The notes: generated by a model from the letters alone, not told the origin. Counted from the stretch's first letter, positions 9,249 to 19,266 are shown. The stretch: 64,000 bases of DNA from Crocinitomicaceae bacterium (GCA_045107045.1 JBGCFR010000025.1:1640-65639); one strand, 5' to 3'. Translations and numbers: made by a program.

Positions 9249-9776
9249 ATGAAAATAAAATTCTTGATAGCATTTTTTTTAGGTTTATTACTAAGTTGTT
9301 CAACAACGAAATCATCAATAATTATTGCCGATACTTATGATGAGGAAAAAGACATGACAACGCTGATAATAGCGCCGCTTGGGAACATTAATATTCCAGG
9401 TAAATGGACTAAAACGAAATATAATGAAGTGAGTCGGCAACATTTTTTTAAAAATAATAATGAAACTACAATTGCCATAGCTAAAAACTTAAAGGAGAAG
9501 TATCCATTTTATTCCAAGTCCGCTTCGAACATAATGTTTGCAAAAATTTTTTTTGAATGGGAGAAAGCACACTATGAGCAACAAGGGTTCACGGTAGGGG
9601 AATATAGTAAAGGAAGTAATTATATAATTTGGACCGCTAAAAAAGATGAAGTAAACACTATGTTTTTATATGGAGCAAAAGGTAATTTTGCTTATAATTA
9701 TTCTGTATTTGCTAACAACTGGAGTGAAGAGAAGAGGGTGCAATTTTTGAAAGATCTCTTAGAAAAAAATGAATAA
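9249..9776 (+). CDS. hypothetical lipoprotein
   Basis: Lipobox LLLS-C after a hydrophobic signal; no recognised domain. Confidence 0.75.
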   Translation: MKIKFLIAFFLGLLLSCSTTKSSIIIADTYDEEKDMTTLIIAPLGNINIPGKWTKTKYNEVSRQHFFKNNNETTIAIAKNLKEKYPFYSKSASNIMFAKIFFEWEKAHYEQQGFTVGEYSKGSNYIIWTAKKDEVNTMFLYGAKGNFAYNYSVFANNWSEEKRVQFLKDLLEKNE

Positions 9777-9848
9777 TCTTTTTGGGTTAGTTGATGGAGT
9801 TACTTAATATCGGACAGTTTCATAGTGTCAATACAACACTTGCTAAAA

Positions 9849-10688
9849 ATGAAAATATATAATATACCTAATGATTTAGATAATAAAGTTTTGGCAACTT
9901 TTAAAGTTTTTGATCATAGAACTTCAGAAGAATGTGTGAAGCAAATGGTAGTGTTAAAACAGAATGTATTTAGTTTTTTAATTGAGGGTAGTAAGGAAGT
10001 GTTTTTTGACAATAGATCTACTTCCATAGAAAGTTCAGACTTTTTATTAATGAAAGCAGGTAACTGTTTGATGTCCGAAAAACAATCAGCAGATACGGGT
10101 GACTATAGAAGTGTTCTGTTCTTTTTTTCTAAGGAATCAATTTTTAGATTTATACAAAAATACAGTTTAAAAGCCTCTAGAAAAGATTGTTTGAAGTCTG
10201 TTTATTCATTTCCGCATGATAATTTTATAAAGACCTTTGTTGAAGGTGTTATTAATATAATTCAACTTAATTCAAAAATTCAAGAGGAATTATTGGGTGT
10301 TAAGTTTGAAGAGATAATGTTATATTTAAAAGAGACCCAAGGTGTTGATTTTATATTTGCTTTAACAGATAGTGTTAATAAACGATCTCAACATTTTATT
10401 GATGTTATTGAAGCAAATAAATTAAATAAATTAACCATAAAGGAGCTATCATTTTTGTCAAATATGAGCGTTTCAACTTTCAAGAGAGAATTCGAAAAAC
10501 GATTTAATTGCTCTCCCAGTCAATGGTTTCATGATAAAAGGCTAGAGCATTCTGCTTTTTTATTAAAAAGTAAGTCTAAACGGGCATCTGAGATTTTTGA
10601 AGAAATAGGTTATCAAAATTTGTCTAATTTCATTCATGCATTTAAAGCAAAATATGGCGTAACACCCAAACAGTATCAATTAAATTGA
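9849..10688 (+). CDS. AraC family transcriptional regulator
   Basis: C-terminal LTIKELSFLSNMSVSTFKREF...EIGYQNLSNFIHAFKAKYGVTPKQY; start is ATG 9849 or GTG 9825. Confidence 0.93.
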   Translation: MKIYNIPNDLDNKVLATFKVFDHRTSEECVKQMVVLKQNVFSFLIEGSKEVFFDNRSTSIESSDFLLMKAGNCLMSEKQSADTGDYRSVLFFFSKESIFRFIQKYSLKASRKDCLKSVYSFPHDNFIKTFVEGVINIIQLNSKIQEELLGVKFEEIMLYLKETQGVDFIFALTDSVNKRSQHFIDVIEANKLNKLTIKELSFLSNMSVSTFKREFEKRFNCSPSQWFHDKRLEHSAFLLKSKSKRASEIFEEIGYQNLSNFIHAFKAKYGVTPKQYQLN

Positions 10689-10744
10689 ACTTTCAGCACA
10701 AGTTTTTGGACTAAAATGAGCACAATACTTTTTTGTGTAAGTCA

Positions 10745-10752
10745 TAGATTTG
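10745..10752 (+). promoter_or_regulatory. -7 promoter element TAGATTTG, preceded by ttgRact direct repeats at 21-bp spacing (10685, 10706)
   Basis: Exact TAnnTTTG; 21-bp-spaced repeats are typical of AraC-family binding sites. Confidence 0.5.
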
Positions 10753-10772
10753 TAGTCTAAATTATAAATGAA

Positions 10773-11339
10773 ATGAAAAAAATCAATCTTATTTTTTTGA
10801 TACAAGTGATAGTTTTTAATTCAGTGTATGCTCAAAATACATTTACATTATCAAGTAATGAATTAGGCGGGCAAGCAACCATCAATGAGGAATTTAATGG
10901 TTTTGGCTGCATGGGAGACAATTTATCACCTCAGCTATCATGGCAAAATGCACCTGAAGGAACAAACAGCTTTGCAATAACAATGTATGATCCAGATGCA
11001 CCTACTGGAAGTGGATGGTGGCATTGGGTAGTATTTGATATTCCTTTAGGAACGAATGAGATTGTTAGTGGTGCTGGTAGTACAAACCTTAATTTAATGC
11101 CAAGAGGAGTTATTCAAAGTGTTTCCGATTATGGAACTAATGGTTATGGTGGACCATGCCCTCCAGAAGGTCATGGATTACATCAATATATCATTACAAT
11201 TCACGCTTTAAGTATAGCTAAGCTTGGGTTAAACCCCAATACGAATCCAGCTGTAGTAGGTTACAATATATTAAGTAATACTTTGTCAAAGGCGAGTATA
11301 GTAATTTACTACGAAAGAGTTAACAAAGCCGAGGAATGA
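10773..11339 (+). CDS. YbhB/YbcL family Raf kinase inhibitor-like (PEBP) protein, secreted
   Basis: SPQLSW..APEGT.SFAITMYDPDAPTGSGWWHW...YGGPCPP.GHG.HQY. Confidence 0.95.
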   Translation: MKKINLIFLIQVIVFNSVYAQNTFTLSSNELGGQATINEEFNGFGCMGDNLSPQLSWQNAPEGTNSFAITMYDPDAPTGSGWWHWVVFDIPLGTNEIVSGAGSTNLNLMPRGVIQSVSDYGTNGYGGPCPPEGHGLHQYIITIHALSIAKLGLNPNTNPAVVGYNILSNTLSKASIVIYYERVNKAEE

Positions 11340-11340
11340 A

Positions 11341-11760
11341 ATGAAGTCTGAAACCAAAGATGATTTAGATATACTTAAAATAGATAAAGTGGTCAACTTA
11401 TTTTTTGATGCTTTTACAAACAAGAGTAAGAAACCCAATCTTGAATCACTGCATCAGCTTTGTTTGCAGAAAGCAATTATTATTAACAATACAAATGGTT
11501 TGTGTGAAACTTATGATTTAAATGAGTTTATTATTTCTAGAAAAGAAATCCTTTCCAATGGGACATTAAATAATTTCGTAGAACATGAGCAAAGTAAACA
11601 AACAGAAGTAGTTGGGCATATTGCTCATAGGATTTCTAATTACAAGAAAGTTTGGGTTTCAGAAGGACATCAATATACTGGTATAGGAGTTAAAATGTTT
11701 CAGTTTGCAAGACAAAACAATGACTGGAAAATATGTGCAATCATTTGGGATGATCATTGA
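11341..11760 (+). CDS. NTF2/SnoaL-like (DUF4440-type) protein
   Basis: G..MFQFARQNNDWKICAIIWDD C-terminal strand motif typical of NTF2-fold proteins. Confidence 0.75.
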   Translation: MKSETKDDLDILKIDKVVNLFFDAFTNKSKKPNLESLHQLCLQKAIIINNTNGLCETYDLNEFIISRKEILSNGTLNNFVEHEQSKQTEVVGHIAHRISNYKKVWVSEGHQYTGIGVKMFQFARQNNDWKICAIIWDDH

Positions 11761-11920
11761 TAAAAACCAAACTTAATACATGAAAAAACTACTTAGGAAG
11801 AAGAATAATCATTTTCCCAAACGAATTCATAAACTTCGTGAAGAATTGATTTAGCTAAAGCAGAAGAGCAAATTTGAAAATAGTTGTATTTTGCAAACAG
11901 TGAATTAAAAATGATAAAAT

Positions 11921-12448
11921 TTGAATAACAAACTAAACACATTCGAGACCGAAAGACTGCTTCTTAAACCAACTTCTAAGACAGATGACAAGTTTATTTT
12001 TGAATTATTTAATAGCCCTAAATGGATAGAATTTATTGGAGATAGAAATATCAAATCAGTTAAAGACGCAGAAAAATATATAATTGAAAAAATTATACCT
12101 CAGAAAGAAAACTCTGGATTAGGAACTTATACAGTGATAACTAAGAATGAAAATAAGAAAATAGGAACTTGTGGGTTGTATAATAGAGAAGGGGTAGAAG
12201 GTTTAGATTTAGGTTTTGCGTTTTTGCCAGAGTTTGAAAGAAATGGCTTTGCTTTTGAAGCATCCGAGAAGATAGTGGATGTTGCTTTCAATCATCTGAA
12301 TTTAAATGAAATTAAAGCTATCACAGTCAAAGAAAATACTTCGTCGCAAAAATTATTGGAAAAATTAAAATTCGAACTAATGAATATTATATTACTTCCA
12401 AATAATAGCGAAGAACTATTACTATATTTAAAAACTAGACAAATATGA
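11921..12448 (+). CDS. GNAT acetyltransferase, RimJ/RimL-like
   Basis: ETERLLLKP...IGTCGL..R......DLGFAFLPEF...GFAFEA...N.SSQKLLEKL. Confidence 0.92.
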   Translation: MNNKLNTFETERLLLKPTSKTDDKFIFELFNSPKWIEFIGDRNIKSVKDAEKYIIEKIIPQKENSGLGTYTVITKNENKKIGTCGLYNREGVEGLDLGFAFLPEFERNGFAFEASEKIVDVAFNHLNLNEIKAITVKENTSSQKLLEKLKFELMNIILLPNNSEELLLYLKTRQI

Positions 12449-13266
12449 ATCTTAGAATAATAATTTTCACAGTATTATTTCTTTTTTTTAGTAGCCAAAT
12501 ATTTGCGCAAAACTCACAAACTAAAAGTCCTATAGCTATAGGCGAAAGAGTTGAAATTAAATCTACTATTTTAAAAGAGAATAGAGTGTTGAACATCTAT
12601 TTACCAGCTGGGTACTCAAATGATTCTCTTAACGGTTATCCAGTCATCTATTTATTAGATGGCTCAATGAATGAAGACTTTCTGCATATATCAGGATTGG
12701 TCCAATTTGGTTCATTTTCATGGATAAAAATGATTCCACAAAGTATTGTTGTTGGTATATCTAATATTGATAGAAAAAAAGATTTTACGTTCCCGTCAAC
12801 AATAAAAAGAGACAATAAGAATTTTCCGACAACAGGAAGTTCAAGTTCATTTATTAGCTTTATTGAACAAGAATTACAACCATTTATTGACAGTAACTAT
12901 AACACAAGTTCAGTTAAAACAATAATTGGTCAATCTTTAGGAGGTCTTTTGGCCACTGAAATTTTATTAACTAAGCCTCACTTATTTGATAATTTTATAA
13001 TCATTAGTCCAAGTTTATGGTGGGATAAGGAATCATTATTGAAAAAAGAACCATCAAAATTTCAATCCAAAAAATCTATTTATATCGGTGTTGGTAAAGA
13101 GGGGAAGGTAATGGAGCGCACAGCAAAAGAACTCTATGATAAACTAAAAAAAAGTAAGCAAGAGAATGACGATTTGTATTTTGAATTCTTTGAAAAACAG
13201 GATCATGGAGATGTTCTGCATTTAGCAGTTTATAATGCGTTTGATAAAATTTTTAGAGCTGAGTGA
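12445..13266 (+). CDS. secreted alpha/beta hydrolase esterase (IroE-like)
   Basis: YPVIYLLDG, GQSLGG nucleophile elbow, SPSLWWD, HG catalytic His. Confidence 0.92.
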   Translation: MNLRIIIFTVLFLFFSSQIFAQNSQTKSPIAIGERVEIKSTILKENRVLNIYLPAGYSNDSLNGYPVIYLLDGSMNEDFLHISGLVQFGSFSWIKMIPQSIVVGISNIDRKKDFTFPSTIKRDNKNFPTTGSSSSFISFIEQELQPFIDSNYNTSSVKTIIGQSLGGLLATEILLTKPHLFDNFIIISPSLWWDKESLLKKEPSKFQSKKSIYIGVGKEGKVMERTAKELYDKLKKSKQENDDLYFEFFEKQDHGDVLHLAVYNAFDKIFRAE

Positions 13267-13465
13267 TTAGTAATTAAAGAATTATTTTAGCTCAAAAACG
13301 ATACGCTTTTTATATATCATGTTTGATATATATGATCTTTATTTGAAATGTTACACCTGGGGTTTTAGATTAGTTAGTGTGTATTGGCAACTTTTTTTCG
13401 TAAGTTTAGATAATTAATTTCAGTGTATACACACTGTCATTTTAAAAACTTAAAAATAAAGCCTT

Positions 13466-13690
13466 ATGAAAAATAATAGAACGATTAGTATAATTGCCAT
13501 TTCTGTTAACTTGATTTCTATTTTATATAAATTAATGCAAGGTGCTCGTGCAGGCTGGGAAACCATGCTTCCGATAGTAGCAACTGGTGCAGTATTAACA
13601 ATAGTAGCAGTATTAATACAAAGAAATTCAATTGCATGGACTGCAGTTATAACTGCAATACTGTCAATCCTATTTTTTTTCTTAGCATAA
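13466..13690 (+). CDS. small membrane hypothetical protein
   Basis: 74-aa ORF with three hydrophobic segments and an A-rich leader. Confidence 0.6.
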   Translation: MKNNRTISIIAISVNLISILYKLMQGARAGWETMLPIVATGAVLTIVAVLIQRNSIAWTAVITAILSILFFFLA

Positions 13691-13827
13691 ATCAGTTAAA
13701 AAAGACTATTAAATGATTTTGGTTAATTACGAATTTCAAAAGATAGCCAAACCATCTTAATTCTAATAGTGGACTAGAGTAAATTAGCCTTAACTCTGAA
13801 GAAATAAAATCAAAAATAAAATCAACT

Positions 13828-14487
13828 ATGAACAATCAAGACGATCAAATTGACAGAAGAAAATTCATTAAAAAGTCATCAGTTGCCACTTTGGGGGTAG
13901 GCAGTCTATTGATTTTACCACAAGCAGGTTCAATGGTTGACAAAACAAGTATTGAAGAAATGAATATTGTTGGACCAAAAGAAGGGTTTGCACCTCAAAT
14001 TGGCACTTTGGTATCTATGATGAATTGGATGAGGTCTACTATTCTTTACCCGGTAAAGGGTATGAGTGTTGATGATTTAGATTACTTGGTTGATGAAAAA
14101 GCCAATTCTATTGGTGCTATGTTATGGCACTTGGCTGCTACGGAGCGATTCTATCAAATCCATACCTTTGAGGGAAAGGATTGGGGAGATTGGGAGGAAG
14201 AGGATCAATTGGAGTGGGGTACAGCCTCTGGTTTAGGAGATGATGCCCGAGAAAAAATAAATGGAAATAACTTAGAATTTTACCTAGAAAAATTGAAAAA
14301 TGTCAGGGAAAATACACTTAAAGAATTTGCAAAACGAGATGATAAGTGGTTAATGGCGGTTGATCAGAAATGGTTTTGGGGTCCGACCAATAACTATTGT
14401 AAATGGTTTCATGTCTGTGAACATGAGTCGAATCATAATGGTCAATTTAAATTTATTAAAAGTAGGTTACCGTCTAACAAGAATTAA
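13828..14487 (+). CDS. DinB/YfiT-like protein with twin-arginine signal peptide
   Basis: DRRKFIK Tat motif; NSIGAMLWHLAATE and HVCEHESNHNGQ metal-ligand motifs. Confidence 0.88.
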   Translation: MNNQDDQIDRRKFIKKSSVATLGVGSLLILPQAGSMVDKTSIEEMNIVGPKEGFAPQIGTLVSMMNWMRSTILYPVKGMSVDDLDYLVDEKANSIGAMLWHLAATERFYQIHTFEGKDWGDWEEEDQLEWGTASGLGDDAREKINGNNLEFYLEKLKNVRENTLKEFAKRDDKWLMAVDQKWFWGPTNNYCKWFHVCEHESNHNGQFKFIKSRLPSNKN

Positions 14488-14513
14488 TTCTAGTAAACTT
14501 TCAAACAAATAGA

Positions 14514-15203
14514 ATGAAGCAAAAATTACTCCTTTTGCACGGCGCTTTAGGAACTAAAGACCAATTCAAAGTATTAGAGACAAAACTCTCACCTGAATTT
14601 AATGTATTAAGTTTTGACTTTGAAGGTCACGGTGGTCAACAATCTAATAATGATTTTTCAATGTCCTTGTTCGTTGGGAATGTTGTAGATTTTTTGAAAA
14701 AGAATAAAATTGACAGTGTCCATGTATTTGGATATAGCATGGGTGGTTATGTAGCTCTGTGTTTAGCAAGTAAGCACCCCCATTTAGTGAAACGAATTAT
14801 AACATTGGGAACTAAATTCGATTGGACGAGAGCGACAGCTGAAAAAGAAGTTAAAATGTTAAATCCAAATTCGATAGAAGAGAAAGTTCCACGTTTTGCT
14901 AGTCATCTTGAAACCATTCATGGGAAAAATTGGAAAAAGATGGTTGTAAAAACTGCAAATATGATGCTTGGGCTAGGTGAGGAAGCTTACTTATCAAAGA
15001 ATGAACTTGGTGGTGTTTCGCATGAAATTTTGATTGGTGTCGGAAGTAATGATTCTATGGTGAGTATTGAAGAGTCTGAGGCATGTACAGATGCTTTACC
15101 AAATGGTAACTTAGAAATTATTGAAGAATTTGAACATTCTATAGAAAAAGTAGATAGTTTGGTTCTGAGTACACTAATTTCTAATTTTATAAAAGTAAAT
15201 TAA
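14514..15203 (+). CDS. alpha/beta hydrolase
   Basis: LLLLHGALG, GHGG, GYSMGG. Confidence 0.92.
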   Translation: MKQKLLLLHGALGTKDQFKVLETKLSPEFNVLSFDFEGHGGQQSNNDFSMSLFVGNVVDFLKKNKIDSVHVFGYSMGGYVALCLASKHPHLVKRIITLGTKFDWTRATAEKEVKMLNPNSIEEKVPRFASHLETIHGKNWKKMVVKTANMMLGLGEEAYLSKNELGGVSHEILIGVGSNDSMVSIEESEACTDALPNGNLEIIEEFEHSIEKVDSLVLSTLISNFIKVN

Positions 15204-15257
15204 GAAATTACTTTATTTCGAATGATTTAAACTACAAAACAAATATATCAGCACTGT

Positions 15258-15800
15258 ATGAAAAAGAATACTGTTTTTATTGCAAAGAGTATGGACGGCT
15301 TTATTGCCGATAGGAATGGGGGAATGGATTGGTTGCAAATTACACCCAATCCGAGAGGCAATGACATGGGGTATCAATTTTTTTTAGATGAAATGGATGC
15401 CATTGTAATGGGAAGAAAATCCTACGAAACCATTTTAGGCTTTGACATTGACTGGCCTTATAACATCCCAGTATTTGTTTTGAGTAGCACTTTAACTGAA
15501 GTGCCTTCAGAACTCCAAGGTAAAGTACATTTTGCCAATGGGCAATTAAAAGAAATACTAGCTGGGATACATGAGCATGGTTTTCACAATTTATATATTG
15601 ATGGAGGTATAACCATTCAAAATTTTCTGAAAGAGGATTTAATTAATGAGTTAATCATCACTACTATCCCCATATTATTGGGTGGTGGTATTCCACTATT
15701 TGGAGATTTATCTGTTCCCATCAGATTTCAATGTACAGGCACAAAAATATTTTTAGATGCAGTAGTACAAAATCATTTTGTAAAGTTGAAAGTGGAGTAG
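15258..15800 (+). CDS. dihydrofolate reductase / RibD C-terminal family protein
   Basis: FIAKSMDGFIA, IVMGRKSYE, LYIDGG, IPILLGGGIPLF. Confidence 0.93.
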   Translation: MKKNTVFIAKSMDGFIADRNGGMDWLQITPNPRGNDMGYQFFLDEMDAIVMGRKSYETILGFDIDWPYNIPVFVLSSTLTEVPSELQGKVHFANGQLKEILAGIHEHGFHNLYIDGGITIQNFLKEDLINELIITTIPILLGGGIPLFGDLSVPIRFQCTGTKIFLDAVVQNHFVKLKVE

Positions 15801-15828
15801 ATTGTTAGTGTAAAATATGATTTAAGAG

Positions 15829-16383
15829 ATGAAATTTGAAGAAATAAAAACGGATAGATTGATTTTGAGAAAACTATCTCAAGAAGTGTATGATCAAATA
15901 TTTGGTTATTATTCAAAGGATGAGGTGATGTCCTATTTGGGTTTAAGTTCAGAGAAAGAATATTTAGAAGAAAAAGTAAAATATGAAAGTGGATTAACCA
16001 CTCACAATAGAAAAATACTTTACTTTCAATTATTAGATAAGACTACAAGTACAATAATTGGTTGGTGTGGATACCATACTTGGTATGTTGATCATTTTAG
16101 AGCTGAAATAGGTTATGGCTTGTTTGATGAAAGTTTGAAAGGAAAAGGTTTGATGTCAGAAGCAATGTTACCAATTATTAAGTTTGGATTTGATCAAATG
16201 AGTTTAAATAGAATTGAAGCTTTTATAGCGCCTTATAATCAAGCTTCGTTGAAGTTAGTTAGTAAATTCAACTTTAAAGAGGAAGGCCTACTACGAGAAC
16301 ACTATTATAAAACTGAAAATGCGGAAGCTTCAGCAGTATATTCTTTATTAAAAAGTGAGTTTAAATTAAAAGATCATATCTAA
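15829..16383 (+). CDS. GNAT acetyltransferase, RimJ/RimL-like
   Basis: TDRLILRK, RAEIGYGL....KGKGLMSEAM, NQASLKLVSKFNFKEEGLLREH. Confidence 0.92.
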   Translation: MKFEEIKTDRLILRKLSQEVYDQIFGYYSKDEVMSYLGLSSEKEYLEEKVKYESGLTTHNRKILYFQLLDKTTSTIIGWCGYHTWYVDHFRAEIGYGLFDESLKGKGLMSEAMLPIIKFGFDQMSLNRIEAFIAPYNQASLKLVSKFNFKEEGLLREHYYKTENAEASAVYSLLKSEFKLKDHI

Positions 16384-16506
16384 CGGATGTCAATAATTGG
16401 GGTGGTGATCTTTTTAGTGAATAACTTCAAACAATCATTGTGGAAAAGTATTTGAACTTAAAGAACAACTGATTAAAAAAAGTTGGATTTTTGTTTCAGT
16501 TGAATT

Positions 16507-17640
16507 ATGCAATATTTACCATCATTTGAACTTTCCTTTTTAGGAATTATACTCATCACATTTTGTGGGGTAGTGGCTATTCAAATATTGTATCTTATTA
16601 TCTTTAATTTTCGGTTATTGTTGCATAAACACAGACCAGATAAGTCCAACTTTGAACCGCCAATTAGCTTAATTATTTGTGCTAGAAACGAAGAGGATAA
16701 TTTATATCAACACTTGCCTTCTATTTTAGATCAAATATACTCTAAGTTTGAGGTCATTATTGTTAATGACCAAAGTCAAGACGATTCTAATCATATTGTA
16801 AGAGCCTATCAAAAAGATTATCCTAATTTGAGGTTAATTGAATTAGAAAAGAATAAACATAGAAAATTTGGAAAAAAAATCCCATTAACTGTTGGTATTA
16901 AGGGTGCTAAGTATGGAATGATTATGCTTACAGATGCGGATTGTAAGCCCAACTCTAAGTATTGGTTAAAAGAAATGGCAGCAACCTATACGTCAAAAAA
17001 ACAAATTGTAGTTGGTTATGGTCCATTTTATAAGCGTAAAGGGTTTCTTAATAAGTTAATCAGGTTTGACATGGTATCAATTGCTATTTCTTATCTTTCT
17101 GCTGCTAAAACAAATTTGCCTTATATGGGAGTAGGCCGGAATATGGGGTATTCTAAAGATTTATTTTTAGAAAATGATGGTTTCAAGAAACATTATCATA
17201 TAGCATCTGGTGATGATGATTTACTATTGAGAGATGTAGCAACTAGAAAAAATGTCGGCATCAATATTAATCCAAATACTTTTGTATACTCCGAAGCCAA
17301 ATCAACATTTAGTGCATGGTTAAATCAGAAAAAACGGCATTTTACTACTGCGCCTGAATACAAACTTATTAACAAGTTGTTTTTAGGAATATTCCCCTCT
17401 ACCTTGTATTTAGCATGGTTTAGTTTCTTTATTTTACTGTTTAATACTAATTGGACTCTATTTATTGTGAGTGTTTTGGTATTAAGATACGCATTGTATT
17501 GGCTTATAAATGGCTTGTTGTTAAGACGGTTAAAAATGAGAGACCTAATTTGGTTTTATCCTTTTTATGAATTACTTCACGTTATAGTTATGCCATTTAT
17601 ATATTATGCAAACCCAAAAAGAGATAAAAAGGCATGGTAA
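16507..17640 (+). CDS. glycosyltransferase family 2, membrane-bound
   Basis: SLIICARNEE, VNDQSQD, LTDADC (DxD), SGDDDL, QKKRH; flanking TM helices. Confidence 0.92.
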   Translation: MQYLPSFELSFLGIILITFCGVVAIQILYLIIFNFRLLLHKHRPDKSNFEPPISLIICARNEEDNLYQHLPSILDQIYSKFEVIIVNDQSQDDSNHIVRAYQKDYPNLRLIELEKNKHRKFGKKIPLTVGIKGAKYGMIMLTDADCKPNSKYWLKEMAATYTSKKQIVVGYGPFYKRKGFLNKLIRFDMVSIAISYLSAAKTNLPYMGVGRNMGYSKDLFLENDGFKKHYHIASGDDDLLLRDVATRKNVGININPNTFVYSEAKSTFSAWLNQKKRHFTTAPEYKLINKLFLGIFPSTLYLAWFSFFILLFNTNWTLFIVSVLVLRYALYWLINGLLLRRLKMRDLIWFYPFYELLHVIVMPFIYYANPKRDKKAW

Positions 17641-18239
17641 AAGGAACAAATCTTTCGGAAAAAGGTCAAAGAGATTTAGCATTGGTTGAAAAAGCACTAA
17701 ATGGTAGTCAGCCAGCCTATGCAGAATTAATGGAAAAATACCGTGAATCAATTTATTTTATGATGCTCAAAATGGTGTCTAAAGATGAAGATGCTGAGGA
17801 TTTAACCATTGAAGCATTTGGAAAAGCGTTTAACCGCTTGCATCAATACTCGCCAAGTTTTGCTTTTAGTACATGGTTGTTTAAAATCGCCTCAAACAAC
17901 GCCATTGATTTTATTAGAAAGAAGAGAATTCAAGTAACGTCAATGGACACCGGCTATACAAATAGTGATGGTGAAAGTATTAGTATTGATGTAGAGAGCA
18001 CTGAAAAAGATCCTGAGGAAGTGACCATCCATTTGGAGAAGGTAAAGCACATGCGGAATATTGTACAAACCTTAAAGCCACGATATAGAGATTTAATCGA
18101 AAAAAGATACTTTCAAGAATTGTCTTACGAGGAAATTGCAGTGGATATGAAATTGCCACTAGGAACAGTAAAAGCTCAGCTGTTTAGAGCACGGGCATTT
18201 CTAGCAGATATCATGGAGAAAACTAAAGATTCTATCTAA
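17634..18239 (+). CDS. ECF RNA polymerase sigma-70 factor
   Basis: DAEDLTIEAF..AF, FSTWLFKIASNNAIDFIRKK, LSYEEIA...LPLGTVKAQLFRAR. Confidence 0.95.
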   Translation: MVKGTNLSEKGQRDLALVEKALNGSQPAYAELMEKYRESIYFMMLKMVSKDEDAEDLTIEAFGKAFNRLHQYSPSFAFSTWLFKIASNNAIDFIRKKRIQVTSMDTGYTNSDGESISIDVESTEKDPEEVTIHLEKVKHMRNIVQTLKPRYRDLIEKRYFQELSYEEIAVDMKLPLGTVKAQLFRARAFLADIMEKTKDSI

Positions 18240-19150
18240 ATAAAAGTAGCTGGCTTATTATCGTAAAATACAGCACCTTCTTTGAGTGAATAAGGTGACA
18301 CAATAAACTCTTTAACGCCCATTTTAGATATAATCCACTTTGTTTTAACCGCGGCAATATTGATCATCTTTTTTCTGATTGGAATAATAAAATTGTTCGC
18401 TTGCCGCTCAGCCTTAGTAGATAAGGTAATTTGGTCTAGGTTGGTCAATAAATCGAACATTTCAAGTTTGACATATTCATTCCTAGGGTATTGAAGATTA
18501 GAATGAAGCTCATAAAATGTTTTGAATGAACCAGAGGAACCAATCAAAACATCAGCTGACTTATTGTCAAAAAAATATTTGGTATTTTTTTCTAAATGAC
18601 GTTCAATTTTTGAAACCATTTCAATATCTAATTGGTCCGGTTTATCTAAGTATTGATAAATCCTCGAAACACCAATTTCAAAACTTGCTTTATCCTGTAT
18701 GCCTTTATGATTTGCGAAAATAAACTCCGTACTGCCACCTCCAATATCCATAATTAAACTTGGACGATCAAACTGATGATTAATTTTGACTCCATGATAG
18801 ATGTGATTAGCCTCTTCATTACCGCAAATAACTTGAATACAAATGCCAGTTTGTTGTTTAACAGTGTCAATAAAATCTTGTCTATTATCTGCATTCCTTA
18901 GCGCCGAGGTGCCTATCGCTTTAATTGTTCCAACATTCAATTCCAAGCATTTGTTTTTGTACTGGTTTAAAGTCTCAACGCCCCGCTTAAAAGCCTTTTT
19001 GGCAATGATAGAATGATTGATGCCTTTATTACCTAAACCAACGCCAATACGTTCTTTATAAATCGTTTCGAACTGATCTTTCAGTCGGTCAACCACCAAT
19101 AAATTGAACGTATTTGTCCCTATGTCGATAATGGCAATTCGGTTTTTCAT
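18236..19150 (-). CDS. ppx: Ppx/GppA family exopolyphosphatase
   Basis: IAIIDIGTNTF, GTSALRNADN, EEA, MDIGGGSTE, SLKEG. Confidence 0.92.
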   Translation of the reverse strand: MKNRIAIIDIGTNTFNLLVVDRLKDQFETIYKERIGVGLGNKGINHSIIAKKAFKRGVETLNQYKNKCLELNVGTIKAIGTSALRNADNRQDFIDTVKQQTGICIQVICGNEEANHIYHGVKINHQFDRPSLIMDIGGGSTEFIFANHKGIQDKASFEIGVSRIYQYLDKPDQLDIEMVSKIERHLEKNTKYFFDNKSADVLIGSSGSFKTFYELHSNLQYPRNEYVKLEMFDLLTNLDQITLSTKAERQANNFIIPIRKKMINIAAVKTKWIISKMGVKEFIVSPYSLKEGAVFYDNKPATFI

Positions 19151-19266
19151 AAATTAGGTTCCTTCTAAAACTATGAAAAATAAACGATATTTCAAAACAA
19201 AATCTAATAACTACTAATAGGTTATTGTTTTATACCCTTATTCAATGGACCACTAAAATGTTTGCA

